Below, one piece after another: positions 59,283 to 64,000 of a stretch of DNA of 64,000 bases. The translations under genes and the position numbers were made by a program. Under the pieces are notes generated by a model. It was not told where the DNA came from. It ran no database searches and worked only from the letters and a program-made list of their open reading frames with translations. The stretch's first letter is position 1. Every line of letters begins with the position of its first letter. The DNA comes from Chrysomallon squamiferum (Eukaryota; Animalia; Mollusca), in assembly GCA_012295275.1 (NCBI GenBank), contig CM022668.1:9610001-9674000 (forward strand), given 5' to 3'.

Positions 59283-60309
59283 GGTAGGTATTAATGAAGC
59301 AGGCTGTATTAATGAAGTTTAAATGAAAAGTTGTTTTCAGTGTGCATTCAAATTCAGAGAATCATTTGGATTAGTCTTACTCAAAAGTTAAATTTTAAAC
59401 AAAGAAGCCAGTTAGTTTAGATTTGTGATGTTATTCGTTTTTAATTATGATTTAAATTTTTTAACAGAGTCTACGCGAGGAAGGCCATGGAGGATGGTTC
59501 AAGTTGGTGAGTATTTTCAGTTTTATCACCGTCTGTCCATCTGAAAGTCTGTCTGTCTGTTCATAGTACATGTGTCACAACTTACTGTTGGCTAACGTAT
59601 AACTATTTTTTTTTTTTTTTCTCATCACTTGAATACATTTCCAAATGATTAATATTTAACACTGTTTTGTAACTCTGATTAATATCTGATTAGACTGATG
59701 TGTTATTTTGTAACTGTGATTAATGTTTTAGAGTTTATTTTGTAACGTGATTTATATTTTACATGTTATTTTGTAACTGTGATTAACGTTTTACATTATT
59801 TTGTAAAAACTATGATTAATATTTTACATATTATTTAGTAACTGTGATTAACGTTTTACATTATTTTGTAAAAACTGTGATTAATATTTTACATGTTATT
59901 TTGTAACTGTGATTAATGTTTTACATTATTTTGTAAAAACTGTGATTAATATTTTACATATTATTTAGTAACTGTGATTAACGTTTTATATTATTTTGTA
60001 AAAACTGTGATTAATATTTTACATGTTATTTTGTAACTGTGATTAACGTTTTATATTATTTTGTAAAAACTGTGATTAATATTTTACATGTTATTTTGTA
60101 ACTGTGATTAACAATTTGTTTTTATAATTTTTACAGGATGGAAACCCACTGTTTTCCGCCGATGGAAAGAAATACTTTATCATTCTTCCCCAGAGAGATT
60201 CTGATTTTGGTTATTTTAAACACGTCGCAGTTATTGAGAAGAGGGTAAACAAAACATAAACATGTTTACAAAAAATAATAATCAGTATTTATAACTTTAG
60301 AATACACAT

Positions 60310-60379
<70 letters not shown>

Positions 60380-60863
60380 ACAGATATACACACACATACT
60401 CATGCAAGCATGTCTGAGAAACTGAAAATAACTGCTTGTTTTTGAAGTGTGGTATGTTTGTACAAGTTTAAATAGCTTGTGTTGTTTAATGGTTATCTAT
60501 ATAAAGCCTTTTTATTAATCTGTATATTTACTTACTTAATTATTTATTTATTACTTAGATTGTTTCTTTGTTTATTTATTTATTTGTTTGTTTTGGGGGT
60601 TTTGGTTTTTTTTTTATTGTTTGTTTATTTGTTTGTTTTTTGTTTGTTTATGTGTTTATTTGTTTCAGGAAAGTTCTAAGGAGGATACTAAATATTTTCT
60701 GTTGCTGAAGAAGTGGGAGGTCACAGAACTTGTTGCCTATGACAACAAAGACCAGATTGTGTGAGTAAGCTTCTCCCTCTTACTCTTTCTTTCTCTCTTT
60801 TCTGTCTGTGTGTGTGTGTGTGTGTCTGTGTATGTGTATGTACATGCATGTCTTTGTGTATGT

Positions 60864-60922
<59 letters not shown>

Positions 60923-62637
60923 AATGTGTGTCTATGTGTCTTCTGTGTAGGTATATGTTGTGTCTGTATGTCTGTCAGTATGTATGAATGAATAAATTAA
61001 TAATAATAACAATAATAATGATAATTATGGATGAATATGTGACTGTATATACATATACATATACATAGATATAGCTGTAGTTATAGATATATATGTTATA
61101 TACTGTATGTGTGTATTATTTCAGGTATTTCACACTCTATATGTGTGTATTATTTCATATATATATGTGTGTATTATTTCAGGTATTTCTGTGTATTATT
61201 TCATATTTCTGTATATATGTGTGTATTTCAGGTATTTCATACTCTATATGTGTGTTATTATTTCAGGTATTTCATACTCTATATCTGTGTATTATTTCAG
61301 GTATTTCATACACTCTATGTGTGTATTATTTCAGGTATTTCATACTCTATATGTGTGTATTATTTCAGGTATTTCATAGGTACAGGAGGAGACCCAAGGA
61401 GGAGACATCTGTACAGTGTGGGACTGGACAAGACTCTGTCTTGTGTCACCTGCAGCCTTGATGACAACTGTCAGTTTGTGACAGCGTCATTCAGCCCCAG
61501 TGTCAAGTACTACATCCTTGGTTGCCTCGGCCCTGGTGTCCCTTACTACTCCTTCAGAGCCATCGGCCTGGATAATGAAAGTGAGTGAAGAAGTCACTGG
61601 TTGGATGTTTGCTTGCTGGTTATTTTGTTGTTGATTGGTTTGACTGTTGTTTGATGGTTGACTGTATGGTTGTTAGTTGATGGTTGTTGGAGGAAAAAAT
61701 TAAAATAAATTACCATAAATTCAATTAAAAAAAGAATAGACAGAGAGATAGGTAAATAAGTAAATATTGGTTTTTGGCTTATGGTTGTTGTGTATAGTTG
61801 TTGGTTGGGTGATTGTTGTTAGAATGTTGTTGCTGGGCTGATGTTTGTTTGTTTGTTGGATGGTTGTTCATTGACTGGTTGTTATTGTGGTTGCTGGTTG
61901 ACTGATTTTTGTTTTGGTTGTTTCAGTGAATGATTGCCTGGTCTTGTTGTTTTGTTGGTGTTCACTGATTACTGGTTGGTGGTTGGTGGGTTTAATTAAA
62001 TGGCTGATTGGTGACGGTTAATTAAATTGGTTCATTGATTGATTGTGACGTAAGTTAACTGATTAATTCAGTGATTTCTTGGTAGTTGATTGATTGGTTC
62101 ATTGTATTTAATTCACTGTAACCAGTTTTAAATTATAAGACAATGAATAACTATGTTAAAGTGAGTCAGTGAGTCAGTGAATAACTAAGTTACAATCTTT
62201 ATGCATGTGAGTCTAAATTTTATTAGTGAGTAACTAAGTTATTCAGTGACTCAGTGAGTAACTTTAATTCAGTGAGTCAGTGAGTCAGTGACTCTTAATT
62301 CAGTGAGTCAGTGAAACTAAGTTACACTCTTAATTCAGTGAGTCAGTGAGTAACTAAGTTACATTCTTTAATGTGTGAGTAACTAAATTACATTCTTTAT
62401 GCAGTGAGTCAGTGAGTAACTCACAGTTTGGTTGTTGTTTTTCAGTTCAGAGAATGGAGAACAACACATATCTAAATGAGAGAGTTGCCAAAATGGCTTT
62501 GACCAATAGTTGAAAATCACCAGATTGAGCTGGAAAATGGGGAAAGTAAGTTAAACAAATACATAAAACAAACAAACAAACTGAAAGACACTAAATAAAG
62601 AAGTACATTAACAAATTAACATCTATCTATCTATCTA

Positions 62638-62678
<41 letters not shown>

Positions 62679-62960
62679 CATAATTAAAAAAACGGCAGTA
62701 AAGACACATGAATTTAACATTAAATATTAGCATTACAAATTGATACTGAAATTTGAACTGATGTAGTTTCAGTTAACAGCAGTATAAGTAACTTATATAA
62801 CTTCATGTCTGTTTTTAATATATATATTTTTTTTTCAGAGATATGGGGTAGAATTTTTCTTCCACCAAAATTGAAGAAGGAGGAAACTCTTGTATATCCA
62901 CTTGTGATGCATGTGTGAGTTTGTTTTTGTTGCTCAGAACATTTTAAATAGAAGTTCATA

Positions 62961-63014
<54 letters not shown>

Positions 63015-63655
63015 TATAAATTATTATTATTATTTTAATAACATCATAAAAAAAAAAAAAAAAAAAAAAAAAATTATATAGAAACCGTCCAACACACAAT
63101 GACAAAACAGACAAATGTAACAATGGATGGAAGTTAAAGACTAAGATAAATTTGTGGTATACTTTTACTGCATCATCATCATCAACAACAACACTGTCAT
63201 TACTGTCATCACAACTGTCTTATCATCATCCTTCTCTTTATTGTTACTATTACTATTAATCAATTAATTCATTCTCTCATTGTTCTTTCTTTCATTCATT
63301 TGTTCTTCTTTTTCTTCTTTACTTCATTTACACATCCCTTCTTTAATTCTTCATTTTCTTATTTCATTTACTTATTCCTTCTTTCATTCATTCACACACT
63401 CATTCCTCCTTCTTTCATTCATTTACCCATTCATACCTCTTTTTTTCTTTCATTCACTAGGTATGGCTCACCAGGGACACAGACTATAACTGAAAGGTTT
63501 TCCCTGGGGTGGGGCACCTACCTGACCAGCTCAAAGGGTTTTGTCTATGCACAGGCTGATGCCAGGGGCACAGGAGGGCGGGGCCAGAAGTTCTTGCACG
63601 AAGTGTACAGGAGACTTGGACAGAAAGATGCAGATGATTCCTTAGTTGCTGGAAA
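48775..63655 (+). CDS. DPP4-like: Dipeptidyl peptidase IV family (S9B; DPP4/FAP/DPP6/DPP10-like) type II membrane protein; shared exons 2-18, 3' partial
   Basis: I spliced 17 GT-AG exons by hand with consistent phases (one +1 frameshift near 62502). Hallmark motifs: [84 protein letters not shown]...VYRRLG. The exact orthologue cannot be resolved without phylogeny. Confidence 0.95.
49430..49525 (+). CDS. Exon 3 ([32 protein letters not shown])
   Basis: ttcag acceptor, G|GTAAAT donor, 96 nt, phase 1 to 1; DPP4-like YTLxDF...W stalk. Confidence 0.92.
50793..50887 (+). CDS. Exon 4 ([32 protein letters not shown])
   Basis: ctttcag acceptor, GTGAGT donor, 95 nt, phase 1 to 0. Confidence 0.92.
51104..51305 (+). 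repeat. Dispersed repeat copy 2 (homologous to 46780-47053)
   Basis: Same orientation as copy 1, with indels, ending in (GA)n. Confidence 0.85.
52635..52709 (+). CDS. Exon 5 ([25 protein letters not shown])
   Basis: acag acceptor, GTAAGT donor, 75 nt, phase 0; YxVSPD propeller motif. Confidence 0.92.
53061..53113 (+). CDS. Exon 6 ([18 protein letters not shown])
   Basis: tttcag acceptor, GTAAGT donor, 53 nt, phase 0 to 2; RHS corresponds to the DPP4 Arg125 loop. Confidence 0.93.
54791..54869 (+). CDS. Exon 7 ([26 protein letters not shown])
   Basis: tttcag acceptor, GTAAGT donor, 79 nt, phase 2 to 0; QYxxWSP motif. Confidence 0.92.
54890..55335. repeat. Intronic ~44-bp degenerate tandem repeat (AACAGTGTTAAAATATTCATCATT...)
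   Basis: About 10 copies of the core in intron 7. Confidence 0.85.
55518..55650 (+). CDS. Exon 8 ([10 protein letters not shown]...[13 protein letters not shown])
   Basis: ttgcag acceptor, G|GTAAAA donor, 133 nt, phase 0 to 1; diagnostic DWVYEEE motif. Confidence 0.97.
56417..56577 (+). CDS. Exon 9 ([19 protein letters not shown]...SIPYPK)
   Basis: ttacag acceptor, AAG|GTAGTC donor, 161 nt, phase 1 to 0. Confidence 0.97.
57208..57302 (+). CDS. Exon 10 ([31 protein letters not shown])
   Basis: tccag acceptor, AG|GTGAGT donor, 95 nt, phase 0 to 2; completes YPKxGxxNP. Confidence 0.93.
59076..59199 (+). CDS. Exon 11 ([41 protein letters not shown])
   Basis: ttttag acceptor, GTG|GTTAGT donor, 124 nt, phase 2 to 0; WLNRxQN motif. 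Confidence 0.94.
59468..59506 (+). CDS. Exon 12 ([13 protein letters not shown])
   Basis: aacag acceptor, GTGAGT donor, 39 nt, phase 0; E...GW motif. Confidence 0.88.
59660..60115. repeat. Intronic ~32-bp tandem repeat with dimeric higher-order unit (ACTGTGATTAA(T/C)(A/G)TTTTACAT(G)TTATTTTGTA)
   Basis: Two variants alternate up to the exon 13 acceptor. Confidence 0.88.
60137..60244 (+). CDS. Exon 13 ([36 protein letters not shown])
   Basis: ttacag acceptor, AGG|GTAAAC donor, 108 nt, phase 0. Confidence 0.93.
60669..60760 (+). CDS. Exon 14 ([31 protein letters not shown])
   Basis: tttcag acceptor, GTGAGT donor, 92 nt, phase 0 to 2; WEV motif. Confidence 0.92.
61105..61378. repeat. ~34-bp tandem repeat containing the exon 15 splice acceptor
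   Basis: TGTGTATTATTTCAG|GTATTTCATACTCTATA units; AG ends at 61124, 61182, 61231, 61266, 61300, 61334, 61368. Confidence 0.92.
61369..61580 (+). CDS. Exon 15 ([17 protein letters not shown]...CVTC...[10 protein letters not shown]...[19 protein letters not shown])
   Basis: tttcag acceptor (last copy of a tandem array), A|GTGAGT donor, 212 nt, phase 2 to 1; Cys-rich propeller blade. Confidence 0.94.
62150..62425. repeat. Degenerate repeat of CAGTGAGT / GAGTAACTAAGTTAC
   Basis: Multiple GTGAGTCAGTGAGT copies just upstream of the exon 16 acceptor. Confidence 0.8.
62446..62545 (+). CDS. Exon 16 with apparent +1 frameshift ([19 protein letters not shown] / [14 protein letters not shown])
   Basis: tttttcag acceptor, A|GTAAGT donor. 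It is 100 nt between two phase-1 introns and hits TGA at 62511 as written; removing one base near 62501-62502 restores a family-like ExN..L......P reading. Confidence 0.85.
62839..62914 (+). CDS. Exon 17 ([26 protein letters not shown])
   Basis: tttttcag acceptor, GT|GTGAGT donor, 76 nt, phase 1 to 2; LPP...YPL motif. Confidence 0.94.
63461..63655 (+). CDS. Exon 18 ([21 protein letters not shown]...[21 protein letters not shown]...)
   Basis: cactag acceptor, AA|GTGAGG donor, 195 nt, phase 2 to 2; start of the S9 alpha/beta-hydrolase domain. Confidence 0.96.
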
Positions 63656-64000
63656 GTGAGGAATTTTAACTGACATCTTTTAGAGTAGCTGTTAACTGTG
63701 TGTGTCTCTTTCTCTCTTTCTGTCGGTCTCTGTCTCTGTGTCTCTTTCTCTCATTCTGTCAGTCTCTGTCTCTGTGTCTCTGTGTATCTGTGTGTGTCTG
63801 TGTGTCACTGTGTATATGTCTGTGTGTGTGCACATTTCTGTGTGTTTTGTGTTAATGTCTGTGTGTGTATGCATGTGTGTGCCTGTGTGTGTATGTATAT
63901 GTGTGTGTACATTTCTGTGTTTGCGTCTGTGTGTTTTGTGTGTACTGTCTGTGTGTAAATGTGTGTGTGCCTGTATGAATTTAATCTGAATGAATCTTAT

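Noticed and set aside
48775-63655. Calling the gene a pseudogene
   Set aside because: Only one lesion was found; the other 16 exons, their splice sites and key residues are intact

Overview
This is AT-rich eukaryotic (animal) genomic DNA saturated with microsatellites. The repeat landscape looks invertebrate, possibly mollusc or cephalopod, but that is inference. Almost all ORF-track entries are microsatellite read-throughs. The window holds the 5' two-thirds of one + strand, multi-exon dipeptidyl peptidase IV family gene (peptidase S9B; DPP4/FAP/DPP6/DPP10-like, type II membrane protein). Seventeen shared coding exons (48775-63655) splice in phase from the transmembrane exon through the beta-propeller into the hydrolase domain. 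The catalytic GWSYG exon lies beyond the window. The shared transmembrane exon has no start codon and a phase-0 acceptor. The upstream 48 kb holds at least five short ATG-initiated, phase-0 candidate first exons (2820, 4026, 11672, 26148, 34948) plus weaker ones. This suggests a variable cytoplasmic N-terminus, like vertebrate DPP6/DPP10, but on a protein that keeps active-enzyme residues. Other points of note: a +1 frameshift in exon 62446-62545, tandem repeats grown from splice junctions that create in-frame decoy acceptors, (TA)n-centred palindromes and several minisatellites. No CRISPR array, rRNA, tRNA or intact transposon was found.
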